A stretch of 64,000 bases of DNA from Phoronis australis (GCA_002633005.1 NMRA01000234.1:1-64000), one strand, 5' to 3'. Positions 51,616 through 63,684 are shown, numbered from the stretch's first letter. Made by a program: numbers and translations. The notes: generated by a model not told the origin, from the letters alone.

Positions 51616-52894
51616 GTAAGGAGGCACCATTTTATCCACAACTTAGGTGATTTCTTTGCTGTTTCATGATGTCCTACTTGTATTAGCTGTTTAGAGGCCG
51701 TTGCATCAAACTGTTGTTTTTTGTCATTAAATTTCATGTTTTTGTAAAAGACATGGAGGCCCAGCTGTCCTGCGAGGCAACTCAACTTCTGCTTGGGTAA
51801 AATCTTTGCAACATTTTCTTATTTTTAAAGTATGACTGATTGGTTACATAACTTGTTGGACATTTAATAAAAGATTGTAACTTGTATTTGCTAAATTTGA
51901 CAATATTTGATCAAGCCTTATAATTGCTAGTTTTTCTGACAAATGTTACGAGAGCCTCGATTCAAGTGTAGAGTACTTCTAACCTCATTTCTATTACTGC
52001 CACAATAACATATTGTAAACACGGTCATAATCATGATGCAACAGAGTTACAGCTTTACACCCAAGCTCTGAGCTCGACTGTCCTCAAGTTGAGGTACCCT
52101 TAGTGACCTGTGAAATTCACGATATACTGAAGACGAAGACGTGATTACCTAGCACTGATCAGCACCTGTGTGGCTGTGCTTGTGCAAGACATTTTATTTA
52201 TAATTGTAATTTGACTGAAAAATTATAATGACCTTGAAGTCAAGTCATGACCTCGTACCACAGTTAAGAGCTAATATGAAAAGAGCAACAAAGCTGTTAC
52301 CAGACAGGTTATCAGCATACTAGTGTCATTCAAACAAAAAGCCTTGAATTTAAACAAATTGGTGACCAGGAACAGGTTAAAAATTTTGGTCTACTCGTTT
52401 CCTAGAGTGCCTTATATACTTCGTCAATAAATTTGTACATATCCCGCTGTCTGGAAGCCTGCATCAGCAGAAGAGCATTTACTGCAGTAACTGTGGTTTC
52501 ATGGCAAACACTGGCTAGAATTAATTGACATGTTTTGGACTAAAACTGATAGTTATTCAAATTATTTGTCTTCTTAAATTGAATTCCTCGTAAAAAGTTA
52601 AAGTTAGTTTCATTTCTCTGAAGAAATACGATAAAAAATTAGTAAAAATAGGTGTGTTAGTTTTCAGTTCTCGGATACCTGTTGATGAATGGTTTTAGTA
52701 ACTATTTGAACTCTTGATGCCACACAAAGACCATGTGAATATTTAACAATGGACTACAGTGATTTCTGGATTTAGCCTTGATTTAGAAAGCGCTGTCGTC
52801 TGGCGTTGAAGCCTAACGAGAGTTTTCGTAACTGGCAACTTGGACAAAATTTCTTGGTAATAACTACCACACTCTCAAACAGTGGCACACTTAA

Positions 52895-54569
52895 AGAAGC
52901 ATGCCACCCAAAAAACAACCTAATTTGTATCAATTTAGATCGAGTAATTCTACTCCATAAGGGCACGTACAGTTGCGTTACCTGACGGCAGACGGAGGTG
53001 TTGAAATTATCCAATGACGTAATTGGTTTCACACGCAGTCTGTTCAGCAGTTCACAACACGGGTTACTGGTTTTAGCTTATTGCTTGAATTAATCGTTTA
53101 ACACCAATAAATCGTCAAACTTCAATGTAAAACCCTTAAAAATACACAGAGTTCTTATAAAAACGTGTTGTTTTATTTCGCTGTTACGGATTTATTGGTG
53201 TTTGGACACACCGTAACCTACAAAGTTCGGCAGGCTAATAAGGTCCGTAGCAGGAGTTTGGGGTCTGTTCGGAGATAAATTCTAAGCATTTTCCTTGAGA
53301 TACAGACAGGAGAACCTAGATCTGTGTTGTTTAGACTTGTTATTTTTTGAGTTCTAAACACACGAAACGATTGTTGTCCTGGCCAGTGGCTCAGAGTCCG
53401 ATCAGGCCCGGTCGCGGCCGGCGGGACTGACTCGTTATCCCGGCCAGTGGCTCGGAAACCGATCCGTCAGACATCACGGACATAAATCATCCAGAGTTGG
53501 AAACTAAACTTCCAGTCAAGAAATACTAGTGAGCCAAAGCAGTAAAGTGCACGTGATTAGTTGGTGAATTAGCCACGAAACTGCAAATCTACTTACTCGT
53601 CGGGGGTCGCGAAGTCAGGTTCCGCTTTGGCCACAGAACCGTCACGGGTACATTGACAATCATTATTTGAATAATGTAAAATAATGTAGATAAAGATTCC
53701 CCTAACACCTGTCCGTCGGGATAGAAATCGAGTTGTTTCACAACAGTTTCTGTCAGCAAACACTGAATTAGCATGAGCTCGGCACGGCCTCAGTGTCCCG
53801 TCAATTAGTTTTATTACACATAAAGCCGTTAACGCAGTGATTTATTCATTGCTGGCTTCTCAAATCATTTGCACTCACGAACACTCCAAAGGCGTTCCAA
53901 ATTGTATCTAATGAGACAGACTTTGTTTCAGTTTCATATAAGTATTGGTATAAGGGAGACTCAGAATGATTCATTTTGAAACAGAACGCTCAGTACTAAA
54001 CGTCAACACGGCAACTCGCAATCCCACCCTTAGACGAGCTCATCCCAACGAAGACTTTGCAGGTGGATCGTTAAGTTTCACAGACTATCAGTTCGAACAG
54101 GAATACAGTGATGAAGTAATACTAGAGAGGTGCCATGAACAATCTCAGACAACAGAACGTATGGATAGTTATTTGGTAAGCCGGCATTCGTCAGGCACTG
54201 TTCCGCGACGACTGCAGGCCACAGACACGGAGATGTTTCACGGCCTCATACTTGCTATTTACAGCGTACTTTTAATTCTTCACTACCGCGAGCTACTTCC
54301 TAAGCATTTCGGGCTCTCGAGGAAGTCGAAAAAACGATATACCTGCTTTCCTCGCAGTTGCATAGTTTGTACAAGCGGGAACGATGCACCGCAGCATAGC
54401 GGCATTAACTCTGCAAATGAACCACTGACGTTGCTGCGTCGTTTCTCACCTTCTTCACAGGTTAACGCGACACCTCTCGGCAAGGTAAGGTCGACCGCAT
54501 GCAAGGCGATGTGGATATAGACCGATTAAGACGGCAAAAAAGACTAATTAAATCCGGTGGCATTCTCCT
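52895..54569. mobile_element. Kolobok-like internally deleted DNA transposon
   Basis: TTAA at 52891-52894 and 54570-54573; TIRs agaagcatgccacc / ggtggcattctcct (12/14 match); THAP remnant on minus strand. Confidence 0.7.
54212..54397 (-). pseudogene. THAP zinc-finger N-terminus of a transposase (disrupted)
   Basis: MLRCIVPACTNYATARKAGISFFRLPREPEMLRK*LAVVKN*...HLRVCGL; THAP C-x4-C...FF.LP...(W>stop)...VC pattern. Confidence 0.7.
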
Positions 54570-55215
54570 TTAATGTAAATGTGAACATAGGGATGGATAA
54601 TTGTGGACTTTCTGGACTCTTTAGGTTTACTAACGTGGGTAGTGCTGTGGTGACAAAAAAAATTGAAAAAGCTTGTTGGGCCAGTCACCTTTTTCACCGT
54701 TCAGTTCCAATTAGCTTGAATACCTTGGTCGAAATTGGTAACCATTACTGTGCAGTTTTGAAAACAATAGCTGATCAGTAACATAATTCAAGCTACAATT
54801 TTTAATTAGAGAATTGTATCTCCATGCAAAACTCATTTCTTACCAAAAGGTAATAAAAATAAGCTTATCTCAGTGACTCATTTGTGCATTACAATATAGC
54901 TCATGCAGTTCACTCAAAAATGTGCTAGCAACTTAATGATCAGGTTTGTGTGGAACCCTGAATTAAGTAAGCCCAAAAAGCTTGAATAATATCATTCAAG
55001 CTTGAGTAAGCAGCATTGATAGTTGGGTTTAATTATTATCAAAAAGTTCAGATATCAGAAGACTTGAGGCATGCATGTGGTCCCCTTTATTATGATCGTA
55101 TCTGCTTTATACCATATGAATTGCCTTAGGCCTGTCAGTGCGATCTTACCCCGAAAAAGGGGCTTTATATAGCCATAGTAATTGACGGATTGAACAGGTT
55201 CCACATTGTTTGCAG

Positions 55216-56390
55216 GACATGGCTTCTGTCAATCCATGAACCTTTGCAACTGTAGCCAGGGGTGGAGTGGGTCTACGTGTAACCAAGCTAGCTGCAGTCA
55301 AGTTAACGACTGTAGTGGTCGGGGTCAATGTATTGCGCCTGATGTCTGTGACTGCTTCGGGACATACGATGGGCCAGCATGTAATGAGGATATTGGACCA
55401 AACAAGTATACACCTGCTATACAAGCAGTACCTGTTGTAACACTACCTGACAATGTCAAAACGGGGAGTTTTGTGGTGAACATAAGTGCAACCGACAATG
55501 ATTCTAGTGGAAAGAATACTTTACTGGGCTTTAGTCTTATGTCTCACACTGACAAATTTTCCATTACCAACCAGGGACAAATTTCTACTTCGTCTGCCAT
55601 TGACTTTGATTATATTGAAGAGAGGCGTCTGTCATTGCTTGTGAAGGTGTATGACCACGGTTTCCCAAGACTCAGTGCTTCGACTACTGTAACCATCATG
55701 GGCCTGGATGATAATGACAACTGTCCTAAGTTTACTCACGTGCCAACTGATCCACTTGAGTTACCTGATGACACACCTGTGGATACCAAGATATACTCAT
55801 TCCATGCAGTTGATAAGGATTCTGGCAACAATTCATTAGTAGTCTATGACCTGCTGTCAGATACAGGAAGTCCAAGCCCATATTTTTCTATCAACGGTTC
55901 TGGTGATGTCATGACTGTTGTTGAACCTCTCGTCTCCGGCAGATACCTGCTTATGGTTGTAGCAAAGGACTCTGCTGTCTATCCTTGCCAGACCAAAGCA
56001 GGATTAATTGTTCTGGTGTCCAAATCGTACGGCACCACTACACAATTGCCAACTACACCTGGAACGTCAGTGCCACCAACAGAAGTTCCGTCACGACCTA
56101 CTGTTTCAGAAGAAGTCTCTCCATCTATAGTGGTGACTACCGCTGATGTCACTGCACCTACAACTCCGTCAGCACCAACCACGACAGTCCCCGAGATGAC
56201 AACCACAACTTCTGGTGGTTTGTCTGACACCGTCAACCTTGTCATTGGCATCACTATCCCTGTTGTTGTCTTGCTTATTGTGGTCATTGTAGTCATCATC
56301 TGTTGCATGCGAAAGCAGGCAACGAGGAAACGCAGGGCCAACATCACGTATGCAGCACATACAAATCCCACATATGCTGGTGGAGAATGA
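55216..56390 (+). CDS. Terminal exon 27B: EGF, 2 cadherin repeats, ~70-aa P/T stalk, TM, tail ...HTNPTYAGGE*
   Basis: ttgcag| acceptor; 394-aa ORF, intact; paralogous to 27A. Confidence 0.88.
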
Positions 56391-56682
56391 TGTCGCTTGA
56401 GATTGTAATTTCATTGCAGTTACATGGATTTAGAAAGTTGAGAATGGAACAGTGTCTTTTCTCGAATATAACAGCAATATGACATTTTGTAATCAGTGCT
56501 TCTTACTATTTTTTTATATGACAGTTAATATAATGCACATTTCAGATTTAGTTGTGATAAAAGAAATTACTAAATTAATAAGTGCTGCTACAGATAGTGT
56601 TGTTTTTATTTTGTTTTGGCTGACTTAGAATCCCGGTTATGACAGTCTAAAATGTAGTCACATTCACAGTGGGCTTCAAATC

Positions 56683-56904
56683 CAGAGGCAGATCTACGGG
56701 GGAGGGGGGTTCAGGGGCTTAAAACCCCCCTTGAGACCGGATCAAAAATGTCACCAGGAAAACAAAATAAGCTACTAAAAGCCAAACAAATCTTACACGG
56801 GAGGTGGGAAACCCCCTCCCGACCTTCCATCTGCTCGGCACTATGTGTCTCGGATTCGCGCGAATCACAAACGCCCCCTTACTGAAAACGTAAATCTGCC
56901 ACTG
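56683..56904. mobile_element. MITE (hAT-like, 5-bp TSD) downstream of the module B stop
   Basis: TIRs cagaggcagatctacg / cgtaaatctgccactg; TSD aaatc on both sides. Confidence 0.75.
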
Positions 56905-57489
56905 AAATCCCATTTCATAGAATGAAAAAAGAGTTTCATGTTCATGCATGCCAAAAATGCTGTTTCATGGTTTCTCATTGTGAGTAAATATGGACTTTTT
57001 GTATTAAATTCATGGATTATCTGGAATAGAGTATTAATGAATCTTTTTCAACACATTAACTTCTTAATATTGCACAATGTCCGGAAGGACCCATGGCAGT
57101 CAGTTGATTACCTTCATAAAAAAGATTTATTCCAATTTGAACTTTGCAATTTTGACTTTACTAATTCTATTCTCATGTGGTGCTTTAAGTGTTAATTGCA
57201 TTGTTTACTAAACTGTTTTGCGTATTAGAATTTCTATTATCACCAGTTTGACACTGTTAGCCGTGTCAAAAATGCTGGTATTGATGTTCGTATTACAGAT
57301 AAATGTCATGTATGTAACTTCTGCAATCATAAATTATACAGATTTAGTTTAACCTTCAACAAATCATATACATGCATTTTGGTTCCTAAATACATTCTTC
57401 ATTAATGTACTGAGAATCTTGGTCATTTGTTATTCAGAAATATAATTTGGATTAATGTAATAATATTGTTGTTGTTTTTTGAAAAGGAT

Positions 57490-58330
57490 TATGATGTGCC
57501 CACTTATGTGGTTGCATGTTGCAGTCAACTATGTTTTGGCGTCCAGCATCCGCTATTGAATCTCATAATCCCCTTGCAGGACTCTAATGAGATTGAACAG
57601 GTGCGTTCCTAATTGTTGACGACAGAAGACGAATGTTTCGGACTTATCTACCTACTGCTGTGCAATTTTAGGTTTTTACGTTATTTTTGTATCTTCAAAG
57701 TTCCTTGATCGATTTTGGGCAGCTACATATTTTATTTGGGTGCATATTGCTGTTGTCTTTGTGGGGACATCACACATGCAGCATTGCTGCTGTTAATTCC
57801 CTAAACCCCACGCAGCATTTTAGTAAAGATTTGGCAGATGTGTTCCCAATGTCTGTGATGACGGATGACTACCATGGGTCCCCCTAGTGGAAATTCCCTT
57901 TGCCTTTGCATGTTTGTTGTCTCTAGGTGGATTTTTATGTGCCTACGTATTTGTATTTGGATGCGTCTCTGTACTCCAAAAGTTCAAAAGTCCAGATGTT
58001 CGATCGTCCAAAAATCATAAGAGCTATAGTCTGAAGGTTCTATCTGTGTCACCCTCTAGTGGTGATTTTGTTTATTTAGGTTCATATCCAAATGTCCACA
58101 ATCCTTTGAATGAGCTTTGTGAAATTTGGCAGACGTGTTTCTATGGAGCTCAATAACAATGATAAATTTGGGACTGATCTGAATACAGGTGTGACCCTTA
58201 ATGGCATTTTTTTCGCATTTGCCTCTATATTTCGGAGTTCATCCTGGATGCATTTTCAAGAAATTCAGCCAAGAAGTTACTGTTAAGGAGGCAACTGCGC
58301 CTTTGCATTTTCGGAGGAGAACATCAATTC
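57490..58330 (+). mobile_element. Degenerate HINE-family copies
   Basis: gtgcccacttatgtggttgca, ccccctagtgg, ccctctagtggtg, gaaatttggca blocks. Confidence 0.55.
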
Positions 58331-60756
58331 AAAAGTGGCACAAGAAAATGCTGCAAGGTTTATTGGGGTTACAAAATCGAAAGTAGTGCAAAAAATACAC
58401 GCATTGCGTGCTGCTTAAGTTGATCGAGACATGGAATTCTATTGTGGTAAGAAATGGAGTATAACGCCTACGGTATTCGATTTCATTTTAGCCAACCAAA
58501 CAAGACAAAAGTGCAGCTTTATAATTATTGAGAAATGTCAGCTGCAGACACTGGCACTGCTTCATATGTTTTAGAGGTAACTAGACCAATCAATGGGCTT
58601 GTCTTGTGTTGTCGTGGTTTTCCTTTCATGAATCGATGAGATATATTTAATCGGATGTCCCAAAAAGTCTAAAACATTGTCAATCAAACGCAGTTTGAAT
58701 TCTACTGATTGCATTTTTATTGTGTTCAATCAATGCCTTTTAGCAGCCACATTCGTTAAATGATGACTGCACAAGTTGTGATAGGGTTTGCAGCATAATG
58801 GACAATTTCTGCCATCACAACAGCAAGGGATACCTCTACTGTGACTGAGAAAGTGAACAAGAAAAAAATGAGATAAAACATGGTAAGAACTTGCAGGTAG
58901 TGGTAAGAGTATGATTTGAACGATTGGATCGCAAACCTAAAGGTGGAAGACACTGGACGTGAAAGCGGACTTGACAAGATTTTATTGAATCCGTAAGTTT
59001 GCTAATAAAAAATAATTGCTGTGCGTAGCATTGTTATCAGTGTTGGAAGCTGCACTGGCATCTTCGTTGATGTTGGTGTCAGTGTTGTTAACAACGTCAC
59101 TGGTGAACTTGTCTTCAAAATTGTTGTGAGTTGTGGGTGTTGTTGTATATAGTATATCCGGCTTCATCATCGTACTCCTTTTCAGTCGATTTCTGTGAAG
59201 GCCGCTGCTCCATCAGAGTGCTTTCTTAGTTATGTTTTATTTCAGTTTCATCCTGCCTCGACATCTTCATCTCACAAATTTTGCTAAAATACCTTGTGCA
59301 CATTGATGCTTATTTGAATCAGTTAAAACACACTTTGCTCATATTGGTGGACATTGAGTGTCACGGTTTGTTTATAGATATTGCTTTGTATTATTTTTTC
59401 ATTTATTATTAGTTATGCAAGCCCTTAGAAAAATTCCAAATTTTGCTAACTTTGGAACATAATATCTCAGAAGTAGCTGATTATATTCATGAGAAACTTT
59501 CAGTTGTTCCCCTTTATGCAACATTATCTAAAATGCTTTAAGGATTTTGCAAATATTCTACTTTTGCATGAAGGGCTATTAAGAAATAAGACTTTCATGA
59601 TGCTTAAAATGAACACGATGAGTCATGTAATTTATGCTGTAGTTTTGTTACCAATTTAGAAAGTACCTTTCTTTTTTGTTAAATTTTGCTAAAAAGAATG
59701 ATCACGTGACCCAATTAACAGCATGTTGGTAAGAAGTCAAAAATGAAACTTTCAGTTATACTTTTACTGAATTACTAATTTGCATATATTTGACTAGATG
59801 CGCAGACTTGTATTGCCTTATATAACCTTAATACAGTGAGTCATCATTAAGCATTAAAGTTTTCTAGTTAAAATTTTTCAAGACATGGGAACCTTGTTGT
59901 GTATAATCAGTGTCTAAATGTATTTCATGACTATGGTCCAGTTTTAAGCTAATGAGGCAAGTTTTTTAATGCTATTGCTATTCTTTCATGAGAATATTCA
60001 GTTAAAATTTTCAGTATAAACATTTCAATATAACATTGTTAATATAAGGATTGCCCTTGTTACTGCACTGTATTTATAAGTGAAGTTCCCTTCTACCGGT
60101 ATATCTGGAGCCATTGCATGTATAATTTGATGTCAAATTTTTGATGCAGGGAGTTTTAAAAATTAGCTTGTATTGAGTGATGGCACCTGCAATTGAGTTA
60201 TGACGTATCTGGAATTGAGTGATGACATAGCTGTAATCGAGTTGTGCCAAATTTGTTTTTTTTTAATGTATTTCAGTTGCTTTGAATTTCATTTCTTCGC
60301 CAGTTTCCATTTTGGTTTTAAACCTGTTAATCATGGAAATTGGCTGTTAAATATTAGACATTTTGCTATCTTTTTGTCATCACATAGTGTTTGAATTTTT
60401 ATGTTTGCCTTTCTTCTGGGGCATGTAATGGGATAACAGCAACAACAAGTAGAGGCTGAATGGACATTATATACATTGCCTGGGAATGTCTATTGTTATG
60501 TTATGAGCCTTTTCACTATTTGTATTGAAACCACTTACTAAGTGCTACCTAGCTCATTTGTTCACATCTCTGACTGGCGCACAATACACCATTATGAGAC
60601 TATGTTTTACTTTATATAATTCTTAGGTGGTTTGTAAAGCTGTAATAGAAAGCCAATTTGGTGCAAGGGTATCTTAAAACAGATTTATTTTTGAAGCTTA
60701 ATGGGAGTTACCTACTGAATGTAACTCACTACTGAGTACCTTAGGAGTGAATAAAG

Positions 60757-60807
60757 ATGCAATCCACTTATTCTAAAGTACGAAGTGGATCTCCGAGGTT
60801 ATCTAGG
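60757..60807 (+). CDS. Candidate first coding exon of second gene (MQSTYSKVRSGSPRLSR)
   Basis: ATG-initiated frame ending at strong donor AGG|GTGAGT in phase 0, compatible with the 61520 exon. Confidence 0.4.
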
Positions 60808-61519
60808 GTGAGTATTGTGTGTTCACTTTTGTTATTGGACGTATTACAGGATAATATTACAACTCTGTGCAAACGTTGAAGTATGTGGACATCAAGTGTC
60901 ATTTATAGGCTTTTGTCAAATTACTGTGTGTGATGATAGCCCCCCCCTTCAGATTATGTCCGAGTTGACAGACATGCCGCGGTTGAATTTCCAGTAAAAC
61001 AAGGGATGTGAGGTTTATAACTTTTATTGTAATGTGGAAAACATTATGTGAATATAAAAATGGTTTCACAGCAATGAGAAGACGGAAAGTTCACCCCAGA
61101 GTGGACATGAAAAAGTGATCAACATATTAACCCATTTGTGGTAAGGCTTATACAGAAGATGTAGAGAAATTGTTATTTACTGTTAAAATTGTTCAATTTG
61201 TGACAAGAAAAATTTTTTTTCAATTTTTTCAGTTTATATCTTCAACAGATGTGTTAAAATTGTGTACCAGCTGGTGTTCGGTGATTGTTGCTCAGATAAA
61301 ATGATATACTATTGACTATTTTGAAATGTCAAATCTGAGATTCCAGTTTTCTACCACATTGTGTTTTTGCAAAATTCTTACTGTAGATATGTTTCTGGCT
61401 GTAGGTACCATAATTCTTCACCCGTTTAGCAAAAGTTATGGCAAACAAGTGAAATCATTTCTGTTCTTAGCTTGTTTTGTAGTGTGAAGATGTCATGATA
61501 ATAATGTTTCTCTTGTCAG

Positions 61520-61927
61520 TTTCATGTATCCAAAGTCGATGAGTCATCAAAACTGAGGGACTCACATGTTGAAGACGTAATATTCAGTCCAAGAAAACTA
61601 AGTGTGTCCTCATCAAGTGATGAAGATGAGGAAAGTGGGACGGGTGCGAAGTCATACAATGGCACTGGTGTTCTTAGAACGCAACCAGTTGACCCTGCTC
61701 TTGGTATTGAGGTCAAGATTGATAGTGAGTCGGATAACACAGATGGCAGACCTGATGGTAAAGTAGAACTGACCCCAAGGAAGAAGAAGGTGATGTTTAA
61801 AGCTGTGGCGACCAAGAACGGATCTGCGATGGCTAATGAAAGTCAAACATCACCAAGAGAGACTGACTCTGACAACGACACTCTTACTCAGGGTAGTGTC
61901 ACCAGACTGCTGTCTCAGAAGTTTGTT
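61520..61927 (+). CDS. Exon of second gene: low-complexity acidic/Ser-rich region with basic PRKKK cluster; product unknown
   Basis: tgtcag|ttt cat...ttt gtt|gtgagt; 136 open codons, phase 0-0. Confidence 0.7.
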
Positions 61928-62519
61928 GTGAGTTGAAATTTTCTGATTCTACCAAGAGAGTAATTGCTACAAATTTTGAATTTCTTAATTTGATTCATTC
62001 TACCCATGCCTTTACAAAGAGTACTTAATGGTCATCTGTGCTTCAGATTCACATATGACATCACAGGTTCAAATAGGCAGGCTTTTAATATTCTTGACTT
62101 GTAAACAGAAAAAGAAACTTTCAACAATAAAAATGCGAGTCTGTTTTAATGATTTTCCCAAAGATCATTCTTAGTGAACCAAGTGGTTTTTCATTTTTCA
62201 TCTGAATATAAATATTGCCATATATGATAAGCTTGCAAAACTTGTTACATATATTTCGATGGAGGAGTGAAATTTGAATACTCATTTTTGTATACTTAAA
62301 ATCTGCTTAAATCAGATCCATTCAAACTAAAAGATTTTATCCCAGCTAGAGTTTGCTGTACATTATAAACAGGATTGATGAAATTAACTTTCTGCAGAAC
62401 ATTGTCCAAGTTTTGCAAAAATACAACTTACGAAGGTCTAACTTATACATGCGAGTTTCAGCGCTCAAGAGCCAAATAGACATTAAACTTTTATTTGTTC
62501 GTGACATTTTAATTTTAGG

Positions 62520-62705
62520 CATTTTATGTGCCCTTCACACGCATGCAATATTTGTTCCTGTTGAGGGGAGCATCGCTGACTTGCTTTGCACCTCCTATAG
62601 GCTATTTAAAGTTGGAAATTTTTAGCATAATGATCATCCGTCGTATCTTTGCTGTGTCCTATGCACACAGTGGGTGCACATTCAACTCTCTGTGTTGCTC
62701 TGGTT
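62520..62705 (+). mobile_element. Short internally deleted HINE-like copy
   Basis: ttttatgtgccc... and ...gtgggtgcacattcaactctctgtgttgctctggtt ends. Confidence 0.45.
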
Positions 62706-62809
62706 CAGCAAAATAAGAACATTGTTAGTGTCCCGTTCATATTTGGAGACTGAAGTTCAGGTTTGTGTGTAAGTAATACATGATAATTTTATGTCGACTC
62801 CATGTGCAG

Positions 62810-62917
62810 CACAAGTGGAGAGAATATGTGGCGAGTCGCCCAACTATAGAGGAAGAACCTGCCAGCATTGATACAAAGTCACTCAAGCCATTGAAGTATC
62901 TGTCTTCAAAGTTCGAG
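62810..62917 (+). CDS. Next exon of second gene (HKWREYVASRPTIEEEPASIDTKSLKPLKYLSSKFE)
   Basis: gtgcag|...ttcgag|gtagga; 108 nt, phase 0-0. Confidence 0.65.
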
Positions 62918-63433
62918 GTAGGATGCTCCTTTTCATTACTAAATTCATTGACATTATTTCAGATATGAGAAGAACAAGCTAAAGTTTTGGACAATTAACA
63001 ATTTTTTGCTCCAAAAGTAATATTAACGATGCAATGGAACACACAATAGCTTTATTTTGAATGAATCAATGTTTTTCTATGCTACTAAGAATATGCTTGT
63101 GTTTGGAAAAACTCGTTGAAGCATCTCAGATTGTCAGAGCAGTACAGCTACTTAGTGTACTTTGTTGTATTGGGAGAGATCTACATGTAAAATATGTGGA
63201 TACAGGTGTAATCATTGGTGGGAATAAACCCTTCTTGCTAACATGTGGGGTGTTGCTAGCCAATGCCTAAGCACGCTTAAGCCAGACTGTGACTACCCCA
63301 TCCTATCAATAATTCGCACTTCTGAAGAAAACCTATTTTCTAATTTCTCTTATAATGCATCAATTTTAAAAATTTAAAGACCACTGGTATTTACTTTTCA
63401 ATTTTAAATAGTCATGTTGGCAGTTTGCCTTAC

Positions 63434-63610
63434 TTATCGTTAAACAGGCGTGTTGGTTTACGACCGCATTTACTCTCATCCAATACGCATTTAGCCAAGC
63501 TTACTTCAATCTGTGACAGCTCGTTCAAGCTTTTGATGTTAAGGGGAATAATCGCTGGATACTCTAGGGTGAATATTGCATGTGCTTTTTCGTCTACTTG
63601 CATGTAAATC
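63434..63610 (-). CDS. Possible antisense exon (IYMQVDEKAHAIFTLEYPAIIPLN...KPTRLFND)
   Basis: minus strand ctctaacag| acceptor and aa|gtaagg donor; 177 nt open, phase 2-2. Confidence 0.35.
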
Positions 63611-63684
63611 CTGTTAGAGTAAGAGTTACCTAATGTAATTGAATTTGACAAGAACATTTAATTTACTTTTGAGTGTAGACCTAT

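Larger units (their letters stand above)
191..56390 (+). other. Same gene, putative isoform B using duplicated terminal module B (exons 51446-51615 and 55216-56390)
   Basis: Exon 25 donor (phase 2) is compatible with the 51446 acceptor. Total is 5685 nt = 1895 codons, open. An assembly N at 43852 lies within the putative long intron. Confidence 0.6.

Noticed and set aside
53966-54520. 184-aa + strand ORF as an independent gene
   Set aside because: Chimeric read-through of a short KolX-like stub and the antisense of a THAP remnant inside a TIR element.
51446-56390. Module B as a pseudogene
   Set aside because: ORF, splice sites, TM and NPTY are all intact despite heavy stalk and tail divergence, which is not expected for neutral decay. 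Expression remains unproven.
58756-59170. Minus-strand Asn/Thr-rich ORFs
   Set aside because: Low-complexity, frames discontinuous, no supportable exon structure or family.
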